Shown: positions 55,955 through 64,000 of the stretch, piece after piece
Layout of the letters: each line of letters opens with the position of its first letter
How positions within the stretch are numbered: position 1 is the stretch's first letter
Made by a program: the position numbers and the translations under genes
The notes under the pieces: model-generated
Database searches by the model: none
The model's input: only the letters and a program-made list of their open reading frames with translations
Told to the model about the DNA's origin: nothing
Source: Candidatus Gottesmanbacteria bacterium
GTDB lineage: Bacteria > Patescibacteriota > Microgenomatia > UBA10105 > UBA927
Assembly: GCA_963711735.1 (NCBI GenBank)
Contig: CAVQFA010000003.1
Coordinates: 146,971-210,970, forward strand
Direction of reading: 5' to 3'
Length of the DNA: 64,000 nucleotides

Positions 55955-56815
55955 CTATTTCTTCACCGCGCTATGAGCATAGTACCCGAAAAGCCCGAGT
56001 TTAATTCCTTCTATAGACATCCTCATTGACACGGCATTATCCGTCACAGCACGACAAAATGGTAACGGTATGCGGCGAGACAGGGAAATGAGGAATTTAT
56101 TCTTCCGGAGAATGTTTTTCATCCTTTGTAAAGAATGCCCTACTGCCTGCGTTTTATCTTCAACCTTTGTAATTTTAAATTCAGACGCCCGTATCGCACG
56201 GGTCATTGCATCATAGGTGATAAGTTCTTTCAGGTGGAATCCCCGGCAAAAAGATGAATAAATATTTTTTTCTATCCTGTCATTTGGTATCCGTTTGGAG
56301 TATCCATCTGTAATGAAAAGCACTCCGTTTGATTTCAGTATCCTATACGCTTCTTTCAGAAATTCGTTTTTAGGGTATGCATAACAGATACTTTCAATAC
56401 CAAACACTGCATCAAATGATGCCGGCGGAAACGGGGTATGGCAGTAATCTGCAACGAGAAACTTCGTGAGAGAAGAAACGTTATTCTTTTTGGCATTTTG
56501 GAATGCCGACTGTACCTGCTCCGGCGTAATGGAAATTCCGGTAAGCCGTGCCCCTGTGTGCTTGGCAATATAGATTGATGCTCCGCCCACACCGCAACCG
56601 GCATCAAGAACACGCATACTCTTTGTTATTTTCTCTGCGTTTATGACATAGCGGTACTGGTTGATGATGGACTCATCGTCGGATTTGGTTGATGTGTCCC
56701 AAAATCCGTAGTGAAGCCCGAGGGATTCCGGAGAATACCAGAAATATTTATACAACCACTGACTGTTTTTGTAATATGATGCAATCTCAGAGACATAACG
56801 GGAATTAGTTTTCAT
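55955..56815 (-). CDS. class I SAM-dependent methyltransferase
   Basis: 'VLDAGCGVGGASIYIAKHTGARLTGISI' is SAM-binding motif I, and motif II 'ASFDAVFGIES' follows. Confidence 0.75.
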   Translation of the reverse strand: MKTNSRYVSEIASYYKNSQWLYKYFWYSPESLGLHYGFWDTSTKSDDESIINQYRYVINAEKITKSMRVLDAGCGVGGASIYIAKHTGARLTGISITPEQVQSAFQNAKKNNVSSLTKFLVADYCHTPFPPASFDAVFGIESICYAYPKNEFLKEAYRILKSNGVLFITDGYSKRIPNDRIEKNIYSSFCRGFHLKELITYDAMTRAIRASEFKITKVEDKTQAVGHSLQRMKNILRKNKFLISLSRRIPLPFCRAVTDNAVSMRMSIEGIKLGLFGYYAHSAVKK

Positions 56816-56920
56816 ATTTTGAGATAATTGCGTGCATCTATATTTATATAATATACACTCTCAATGTATAATATGCCGGTACGCATACAGGATACAAATG
56901 ACAGAGTATAAAATAACACC

Positions 56921-57982
56921 ATGATCAGCAAAGACTTTGATGAATACAAAATCCGGATGAGTGCATTCCTCACAGCCTTTTTTGCCCAAAAGACGCCACA
57001 GTACGTTCACTTTCCCATGGACCGTGAAGCATTCTCTGCACTGGGGGAGTTGGTGTGCCGCGGGAAAATGTACCGGGGAGCAATACTTCTTGCTGTGTAT
57101 CAGCTGTTAACTGACAAACCGGATACGGAAAGTGCACTCACTGTCGCATCAGCGCTTGAGTTGTTTGAAACAGGTGTACTTATCCAGGATGACGTAATGG
57201 ATAAGGATGAAACCCGCCGGGGTTTGCCGGCCATGCGTGTGCATTTCAGTACGGCAGTAAAGGAAATAGAATCTTCTCAAGCCCGGCAATTCGGTGATAG
57301 CGCAGCTATGTGCATAGGAGACATCGCTTACTTTCTTTCATACGAAATGATAAGCACGCTAAATTTGCCACCGCAAAAAAAATCAGAAATACTGCGCATA
57401 TTTTCACGCGAGATGACAGCTCTGTGTCTCTCTCAGATACAGGACATGTATCTGTCCCTGGCAACCCGCCCGGTAACCCGGAAAGAAACGATTGATATGT
57501 ATACCGGAAAAACAGCACGGTATACGTGGATACTGCCTATTTCCATTGCGCTCGTTTTATCAGGAAAACATGATGAAATGGGAGTACTTTCCGAACAGAT
57601 CGGAAAATCAGCGGGAATTTTGTATCAGCTTGTGGATGACGGAATCGGATTATTCGGAGATGTAAACGCAACAGGCAAGCCCTCAGGAGGTGATATCCGT
57701 GAGGGGAAAAAGACGCTCTACTGGCACTTCGCAAGGGAGTTGCTGAAAGGGAAAAACAGGCAGGCATTTGACAACCTGTACGGCAAAAAAAAGATCCGTG
57801 CTGAGGAAATTGACAATATAAAAAATCTGGTGAAAGCCTGCGGGGCATATGATAAAGTGGAATCACTCAAACAGGCGTATCTGAAAAAAGCCCAGAATGA
57901 CATATCCTCTTTGCCTCTGACGGATGAAAAAAAACAGAAACTGATTACGCTCGTGAATTTCGTAAGCGCAAGGAAAAGATAA
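56921..57982 (+). CDS. polyprenyl diphosphate synthase (trans-isoprenyl diphosphate synthase family)
   Basis: First Asp-rich motif 'LIQDDVMDKDETRRG' and second 'QLVDDGIGLFGD'. Confidence 0.85.
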   Translation: MISKDFDEYKIRMSAFLTAFFAQKTPQYVHFPMDREAFSALGELVCRGKMYRGAILLAVYQLLTDKPDTESALTVASALELFETGVLIQDDVMDKDETRRGLPAMRVHFSTAVKEIESSQARQFGDSAAMCIGDIAYFLSYEMISTLNLPPQKKSEILRIFSREMTALCLSQIQDMYLSLATRPVTRKETIDMYTGKTARYTWILPISIALVLSGKHDEMGVLSEQIGKSAGILYQLVDDGIGLFGDVNATGKPSGGDIREGKKTLYWHFARELLKGKNRQAFDNLYGKKKIRAEEIDNIKNLVKACGAYDKVESLKQAYLKKAQNDISSLPLTDEKKQKLITLVNFVSARKR

Positions 57983-58029
57983 TACCGGATTTATAATAGA
58001 TATTGTGAAGAGTTTATAACGTCACCATT

Positions 58030-59292
58030 ATGATAAACGTACATACGAAAACTTATGACGTTGCCATTATAGGCGGGGGAGCGGCGGGCATGATGGCTGC
58101 ACTGTCCGTCAGACACCACCATCCGGATTATTCGGTATGTATACTAGAGCGTTCCGGCGAGGTTGGTCGGAAGCTGACTATTTCCGGTGCGGGACGCGGA
58201 AATCTCACAAATATTCACATTGCACACAATCCGTCATCCGGCTACTTCGGAAATTCCGGTCTTGTTTCATCCGTATTTTCCCAATTCGGATACGACGCAT
58301 GTGTTGCGTTTTTCAATGACATAGGAATTCCGCTTTTTGAGGAAATGAAATCCGGCCGGGGAAAACTGTTTCCCGTTATAGAGAATGCCAGGACAGTACG
58401 GAATGTGCTTGTTGAAACGATGAAGGAAAACGATATCAGCGTGTTTTTTGACGCCAACGTTACGGATATACGGCGGGATAATGGCTTGTGGAATACCAAG
58501 ACTCAGGGATCTTCGTATCAAGCCCGTTATCTGATCGTTACAACAGGAGGAAAAACATATCCGGCATTCGGGTCCGACGGGTCAGGATACGCTCTTTTGC
58601 AAAATCTGGGACATACGATCGTTACGCCTGTCCCGAGCGCTGTTCCTCTGGTTTCCAAAAATCCTCTTTCTCACCTTCTGCAGGGAGAGAAGATGGTCAT
58701 GAAAGCAACGGTGATTCTGTCAGGCAAGAGAGTGGCATCATCCGTCGGGGACGTCATTTTCACCCAGTATGGTCTGTCCGGTTCCGCGATTCTGGATATA
58801 AGCAGAGCCGTATCCATACGGATAAACCGCGAAGGGAAGACCGATACAGAGGTGGAACTTTCTTTTTTTCCGGAGGATTCCAGAGGAGAAACGGAACAGC
58901 TTCTGAAAAAACGTTTCTTATCTCATCCTGACCGTACCGTGCCTGCCTGTCTTTGGGGTTTGCTCACAGTGAAAGGCGCAAATGCGGTATGTGAAGTAAG
59001 CGGTATTCCGAAAGGGAAACTCGCACGCGATGTGTCTCCGGATGATATGGTTCGGATCGTCTCAGTCCTTACCGCATACCATATTTCCGTTGCACAGACG
59101 CGGGGATGGAATGAAGCGGAATTTACTGCCGGAGGAGTAGATGCAAACGAAATTAATCCGCGCACCCTAGCATCAAAAAAAGCGGAAAACCTGTATGTTG
59201 CCGGTGAGATTCTGGATGTTGACGGACCTGTCGGAGGGTACAATCTCTCATGGGCATGGGCATCCGGTTTTGTTGCAGGAAAATTGTCATGA
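58030..59292 (+). CDS. NAD(P)/FAD-dependent oxidoreductase, HI0933-like flavoprotein family
   Basis: 'YDVAIIGGGAAGMMAA', 'ISGAGRGNLTN' and C-terminal 'LYVAGEILDVDGPVGGYNLSWAWASG'. Confidence 0.75.
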   Translation: MINVHTKTYDVAIIGGGAAGMMAALSVRHHHPDYSVCILERSGEVGRKLTISGAGRGNLTNIHIAHNPSSGYFGNSGLVSSVFSQFGYDACVAFFNDIGIPLFEEMKSGRGKLFPVIENARTVRNVLVETMKENDISVFFDANVTDIRRDNGLWNTKTQGSSYQARYLIVTTGGKTYPAFGSDGSGYALLQNLGHTIVTPVPSAVPLVSKNPLSHLLQGEKMVMKATVILSGKRVASSVGDVIFTQYGLSGSAILDISRAVSIRINREGKTDTEVELSFFPEDSRGETEQLLKKRFLSHPDRTVPACLWGLLTVKGANAVCEVSGIPKGKLARDVSPDDMVRIVSVLTAYHISVAQTRGWNEAEFTAGGVDANEINPRTLASKKAENLYVAGEILDVDGPVGGYNLSWAWASGFVAGKLS

Positions 59293-60012
59293 CAGGAAAA
59301 ATTCTCCTGAAATCCGGAAAAGCTCATCCCGGCACCTCTTCTCTTGAACTGTTTTTACGATAAGGATAGTATGCGTTGCCCCGTCAATTTCCGTGTAATG
59401 GTTATGTGACAGCTTTTTATACATTTCTTTCACCCCGATAGGTATGACTCTGTCGAGTGATCCGTATACCACATGTATTTTCCCCGGATAGCGGGACAGG
59501 GCGGAAAATGCAGGGGAGTTTTTCCAGCTTTCCGTCTTCCGGATTTCTCCTGTAAACTTTTCATTAAGCGGTAGATTTTCTGCCGGCTTACCGTATGCCG
59601 CAGCAGAATAAAGGAGCAAACCTTTAGTCTCTGGAAAAATCGTTGCAAGCTTAGACGCGACATGTCCGCCCATACTGGCGCCCGCAATAAAAAGCGCATG
59701 CGGGTTAATTAATTTGTCGGACAAAAGAAATCTATACGCAGAGGAAGCATCGCGGAGTCTGTTTTCAAGCGTACCATCCTCAAATATTCCCTCACTTTTC
59801 TCACACCCGCGGAAAGAGAAAAAGAGACTGGCAAATCCGTAACCGGCAAGAGACTGTTGCCATGGGGCGAAACGGCCGGAAAGCACCCGTCCGCCTCCGT
59901 GCAAAAAAAGAACAGCAGGAAACGGTTTATTTCCGTCCGGGAGAACGAGATTTCCGGAAATCTTGAGGTTGTCGGAAGGAAATGTTACAGTCATTGAAGC
60001 CATTGTACACAA
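59287..60012 (-). CDS. alpha/beta hydrolase (dienelactone hydrolase-like)
   Basis: 'AVLFLHGGG' and the nucleophile elbow 'GASMGGHVAS'. Confidence 0.6.
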   Translation of the reverse strand: MCTMASMTVTFPSDNLKISGNLVLPDGNKPFPAVLFLHGGGRVLSGRFAPWQQSLAGYGFASLFFSFRGCEKSEGIFEDGTLENRLRDASSAYRFLLSDKLINPHALFIAGASMGGHVASKLATIFPETKGLLLYSAAAYGKPAENLPLNEKFTGEIRKTESWKNSPAFSALSRYPGKIHVVYGSLDRVIPIGVKEMYKKLSHNHYTEIDGATHTILIVKTVQEKRCRDELFRISGEFFLS

Positions 60013-60109
60013 ATACCCAAAATATTCAGAAATATTTGGGTATATATGTATCTAATCAGATTTTTCTTCCGGGTATCGCGGAATGTAAATCTGAATAAGA
60101 TACACATAT

Positions 60110-60598
60110 ATGATTACCTGTACATTTGAAAAAGCCCTGCCTGATGGACGTGGACGATCTGCACATCTGCGCCATGTAGTAGTCCACGCAATTGTAGAGA
60201 GGGACGATTCCCTGCTTTTGGTTAAGCGTGCAGATCACTTATTGGAGGGCGGGAAGTGGTCACTGCCTGCAGGATTTTTAGATCGGGATGAAACCGCTGC
60301 CGAGTGTGCCCTCCGAGAGCTTAGGGAGGAAACAGGATGGGAAGGGGAGATTATCAAGCTGTTTCGAATAAATACAAATCCGAACCGACCGCATGAAGAC
60401 AGGCAAAACGTAGCATTTGAATACCTGATTAAACCCACACGTCAGTCCGGCGTACCGGACAACGAATCCTCAAAAATCGAATGGATTCCCATAAATAAAC
60501 TTCTGCCGTTTGACGAATTTGCGTTTGACCACGGAGAAAGTATCCGGTTATTCCTCAAATACCTGAAAAATCCCTCCGGCTATCCCATCATAGAATAA
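60110..60598 (+). CDS. Nudix hydrolase
   Basis: Nudix box 'GKWSLPAGFLDRDETAAECALRELREETGW'. Confidence 0.8.
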   Translation: MITCTFEKALPDGRGRSAHLRHVVVHAIVERDDSLLLVKRADHLLEGGKWSLPAGFLDRDETAAECALRELREETGWEGEIIKLFRINTNPNRPHEDRQNVAFEYLIKPTRQSGVPDNESSKIEWIPINKLLPFDEFAFDHGESIRLFLKYLKNPSGYPIIE

Positions 60599-60605
60599 GC
60601 TCTGT

Positions 60606-61694
60606 TTACTCGAGATAATCGCGGAGTCTTTTGCTGCGGCTGGGGTGCCTGAGTTTTCTCAAAGCCTTCGCTTCTATCTGGCGGATACGTTCCCGGGTAA
60701 CACCGAAAAGCGCACCGACTTCCTCCAGTGTCCGCGGACGTCCGTCTTCAAGCCCGAAACGGAGTATAAGTACCTTCTTCTCCCTGTCAGAGAGTGTGGC
60801 AAGCACTTCCTCCATGTGTTCTTTGAGAAGCTGACGGCTGGTCTGGTCAAACGGCGACGGTCCCTGGTCGGATATAAAGTCACCGAGATGCGAATCTTCC
60901 TCATCTCCGACGGGAGTTTCGAGACTCGTAGGTTCCTGGGATACTTTCATAATCTCCCGGACTTTGGTTGTGTCCACTTCCATGATTTTGGCGATTTCCT
61001 CCGGCTGCGGTTCGCGTCCAAGATCCTGCATGAGCCGGCGGGAAGCCCGCGCAAACCTGTTGATCGTCTCTACCATATGAACCGGGATGCGGATTGTGCG
61101 TGCCTGATCGGCAATGGCGCGTGTGATTGCCTGGCGGATCCACCAGGTCGCGTATGTGGAAAATTTATATCCTTTCCGCCAATCGTATTTTTCTACAGCG
61201 CGGATGAGTCCCTGGTTTCCTTCCTGGATAAGGTCAAGGAGGCTCATTCCGCGGCCGATATACTTTTTTGCGATTGAGACGACGAGACGGAGATTGGATT
61301 CCGTCAGTTTCTTTTTTGCTTTTTTGTCACCCTTTTCGTACCGTTTCGCGAGAGAAATTTCATCGGCGAAAGTGAGAAGCGGAATTCTTCCTATTTCTTT
61401 GAGGTACATCCGCACCGGATCAGATACACCTTCGGAGCTTGCCTTTACGAGAGCTTCTATTTCTTTTTCAAGATCCGCAATGCTTTTGGATGCTTCCCGT
61501 TCTTCATCCTGGGATGTGGTTTCAAACACATCGATATTCGCACGGATGAGTTTGTTATAGAGCTCGTCGAGATCCTTGATGCGGTCTTCGGGTTTGGGGT
61601 AGAGGTAGAGGATGTCATCCTGTGTAACAAATCCGTTGCTTTTTCCTTCCTTGAGAAGATCGGAAGCAGATGTGATCGTGCGCATTTTAGCCAT
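60606..61694 (-). CDS. rpoD: RNA polymerase sigma factor, primary sigma-70 type (short form)
   Basis: Region 2.4/3 '[29 protein letters not shown]' and region 4 '[27 protein letters not shown]'. Confidence 0.9.
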   Translation of the reverse strand: MAKMRTITSASDLLKEGKSNGFVTQDDILYLYPKPEDRIKDLDELYNKLIRANIDVFETTSQDEEREASKSIADLEKEIEALVKASSEGVSDPVRMYLKEIGRIPLLTFADEISLAKRYEKGDKKAKKKLTESNLRLVVSIAKKYIGRGMSLLDLIQEGNQGLIRAVEKYDWRKGYKFSTYATWWIRQAITRAIADQARTIRIPVHMVETINRFARASRRLMQDLGREPQPEEIAKIMEVDTTKVREIMKVSQEPTSLETPVGDEEDSHLGDFISDQGPSPFDQTSRQLLKEHMEEVLATLSDREKKVLILRFGLEDGRPRTLEEVGALFGVTRERIRQIEAKALRKLRHPSRSKRLRDYLE

Positions 61695-61803
61695 ATATGT
61701 AACCGTAAACCTTCGCCTGTATCCGCGTATATGTCAGTTTTTTCTAAAACAAACATATCGCATATCAAACAAACGGTTTCGCTTGATACGTGCCGAAATT
61801 ATA

Positions 61804-63609
61804 TCAGATTGAGGTGGTCTTTTCCAAGACCCGAAGTTCTTCCGTGAGTTTTGCAAGTTCCCCCTGGGATGACTGACCGTTTTCAGCCTCATTACCGCTC
61901 TGTTTTGCGGTATCACCGGTGTCGTTTGTGAGGTCACGGATTTTTTTCCGGATGACGTATTTGCGCAGTTCTTTCACTGTTTGAATCCACGCACGGGCAG
62001 TAGCCTCATCATTCTCCGTGTCAGACAGGTCCGTGAGAAACGCCTCATCAAAAACGGGGATAAGCTCTTTCGGAAGGCTGTCGGCAAACGTTGTTGCAGT
62101 AAACACATCCTTGGACGACAGGTGGGCGCTGAGTGCTTCCAGAATCCGCCGGATGGCCGGATGTGAAAATTCCGCAATACCAAACGATTCCTGAAGATCC
62201 TCAAAAAACTCTTTGGTTTTTGTCTGGAGTATATATGCAAGAATAAGAAGTTCAAGCTGTTCCTGCTGATTTTTCTGCGGCTTTTGATCTTCAGCCTCTT
62301 TATCGTCAGTTTTGCGCGGATACTCTGTTTTTGACGTACGTGCGGATTTCTTCATCGCATCATTGATGGTCGTCTCTGAAACATCGAGCACTTTTGCCAG
62401 TTTTTTCAGGTAATGTGACTGTACAACCGGATTGTCGATATCGGAGATAACCGGCAGAAGTTCGTCACCCACCTTTTTTTTGCCGTATGCGCTTGCAACA
62501 TCGTATCTGCGGAGTGCCGAGTGCAGGAAATAATCGTATATGGGTATGGCAGTTTGTATAGCCTTTTTAAAAACCGAGGGGCTTTCGCGGACCGCTTCAT
62601 CAGGATCCTTACCCCCCGGAATTTCTATAACCGAAAGATCCAACCCTTCATTTCCAGCAATGGCAATTCCCCGGCGGGACGCTGCATCGCCTGCAATGTC
62701 CGCGTCGAGAGCAAAAATGACTTTTTCGGCAAAGCGTTTGAGAAGCTGGACATGCTGCTCGGTGAGCGCAGATCCTTTTATGGCAACCGCATTGGTGATT
62801 CCCGCCTGGAATGACGATATGACGTCAAATTCTCCTTCCATGACAATGGCCGTATTTTCTTTTTGAATTGAAGCTTTTGCAACATCAAGCCCGAACAGCA
62901 TATGTCCTTTGGTATAGAGCGGTGTTTCCGGAGAGTTGATGTACTTTGCCTCTTTTGCCTTCGGGTCCAGAAGCCTGCCGGAAAAACCGATGGTTCTTCC
63001 CCTGTGGTCGCGGAGAGCAAACATGATCCGTCCGCGGAAACGGTCATACCCGCCGCGTGCTGACGGGATAATAAGACCGGACTGAGAGAGAAACGTTTCG
63101 TCGTATCCTTTTTTCCGTAAAAACCTGAGAAGCCCGTCCCAGCTGTTTGGACTGTATCCGACCATGTATGTTTTTGCTGTTTTGTCCGACACGCCGCGTG
63201 AGGAGAGGTATTCGCGCGCTTTTTCACCAAGCGGGTGGGAGGTCAGGAGAAAGTGGTAGTACTCCGAAGCCAAATGATGCGCTTCAAGCATGCGCTCCTT
63301 AGTCTTTGCCTCCGGCGTATCACCGCTTCGCCGTTCGAGTTTCACTCCGGTTTTTTCAGCCAGTGTTTCGAGCGCTTCCATGAAATCCACATGTTCATAC
63401 TCCATCACCCAGTCAATGGCAGTGCCTCCCTTGCCGCATCCGAAGCAGTGAAACGTTCCCCGCTCGGGAGAGACGATAAACGACGGCGTTTTTTCGCTGT
63501 GGAACGGGCAGAGTGCTTTATATGTCCGTCCGGCTTTTTTAAGCTTTACGCGCGCACTGATAAGGTCGACTATGTTTATCCGTGCCTTGATTTCATCTAT
63601 GTCACTCAT
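61804..63609 (-). CDS. dnaG: DNA primase
   Basis: Zinc-binding 'CPFHSEKTPSFIVSPERGTFHCFGCGKGG' and TOPRIM 'VMEGEFDVIS...DAD'. The start is probably the 'MSDIDEIKARINIVDLI' Met. Confidence 0.9.
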   Translation of the reverse strand: MSDIDEIKARINIVDLISARVKLKKAGRTYKALCPFHSEKTPSFIVSPERGTFHCFGCGKGGTAIDWVMEYEHVDFMEALETLAEKTGVKLERRSGDTPEAKTKERMLEAHHLASEYYHFLLTSHPLGEKAREYLSSRGVSDKTAKTYMVGYSPNSWDGLLRFLRKKGYDETFLSQSGLIIPSARGGYDRFRGRIMFALRDHRGRTIGFSGRLLDPKAKEAKYINSPETPLYTKGHMLFGLDVAKASIQKENTAIVMEGEFDVISSFQAGITNAVAIKGSALTEQHVQLLKRFAEKVIFALDADIAGDAASRRGIAIAGNEGLDLSVIEIPGGKDPDEAVRESPSVFKKAIQTAIPIYDYFLHSALRRYDVASAYGKKKVGDELLPVISDIDNPVVQSHYLKKLAKVLDVSETTINDAMKKSARTSKTEYPRKTDDKEAEDQKPQKNQQEQLELLILAYILQTKTKEFFEDLQESFGIAEFSHPAIRRILEALSAHLSSKDVFTATTFADSLPKELIPVFDEAFLTDLSDTENDEATARAWIQTVKELRKYVIRKKIRDLTNDTGDTAKQSGNEAENGQSSQGELAKLTEELRVLEKTTSI

Positions 63610-63666
63610 AACACCCGAAGGATACCACATAGGGAAGGGAAAATCGAAGGTGGGGAGAACTCTTTA

Positions 63667-64000
63667 TTATTCGGCCGGTGCCGTACCGTAGATGATCACC
63701 CGCGTGCCTGGATTGTCCTTGTTTGTCCGGACCGACGGTTTGCCGTCCAGATCCGGTTGAGTCCAGTAATAGATTTTTTCCGCCTCTTCTGTTTTCATAT
63801 TGATACACCCGTGGCTCATGGGGTGTCCGAAGTTGCTGTGCCAGTATGTGCCATGGATGCCGTACCCGCGCCAGGTAGGAATTTCATTATTGGAAAAAAA
63901 CATGGTGTACGGAACGTTCGGGAGATTGTAGTACGTACCCCATGCTTTATTTCCCCCGGTCATTCTCGTATACCGGAGTTTTATCCAGATGGTAAACTCA
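63667..64000 (-). CDS. L,D-transpeptidase (YkuD) catalytic-domain protein, N-terminus outside the window
   Basis: 'GYGIHGTYWHSNFGHPMSHGCINM' holds the catalytic His/Cys motif. The ORF stays open beyond the 3' edge of the window. Confidence 0.6.
   Translation of the reverse strand, partial: EFTIWIKLRYTRMTGGNKAWGTYYNLPNVPYTMFFSNNEIPTWRGYGIHGTYWHSNFGHPMSHGCINMKTEEAEKIYYWTQPDLDGKPSVRTNKDNPGTRVIIYGTAPAE

Overview
This window is a bacterial chromosomal origin region: dnaA, an intergenic oriC with four DnaA boxes and an AT-rich stretch, then dnaN. Gene content suggests a small Patescibacteria/CPR-type genome with the standard genetic code; that placement is an inference. The dominant non-housekeeping content is a type IV secretion system (T4SS)-like, conjugation-type pilus gene set on both sides of oriC. 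It has a VirB4-family ATPase, one full and one edge-truncated VirD4/TraG-like coupling-ATPase paralog, and a VirB6/TrbL-like polytopic membrane protein. It also has a large M23 peptidoglycan hydrolase, several membrane-anchored accessory proteins, and at least eight paralogous small VirB2/TrbC-like pilin genes (a six-gene array plus two distal copies). An ECF sigma/anti-sigma pair lies divergently next to the pilin array. No relaxase is visible. Other content: an archaeal-type upper mevalonate module (HMG-CoA reductase, HMG-CoA synthase, thiolase, DUF35) with idi and uppS; a SpoIID/LytB protein; smpB followed by tmRNA; comFC; thiamine pyrophosphokinase; and seven or eight tRNAs. Four of the tRNAs are canonical tRNA-Ser and two are tRNA-Arg; a free-standing HNH endonuclease sits between two tRNA-Ser genes. 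An 18-nt-core repeat family follows both tRNA-Arg genes, each time upstream of nucleotide-sanitation genes (YjjX ITPase, SurE, HD hydrolase). The right end carries a lamin-tail-domain secreted protein, an isoprenoid-related cluster, a Nudix hydrolase, rpoD, dnaG and a partial L,D-transpeptidase. At least five genes show apparent frame breaks. At least one sits at a homopolymer run, so indel errors in the assembly are as likely as real pseudogenes.
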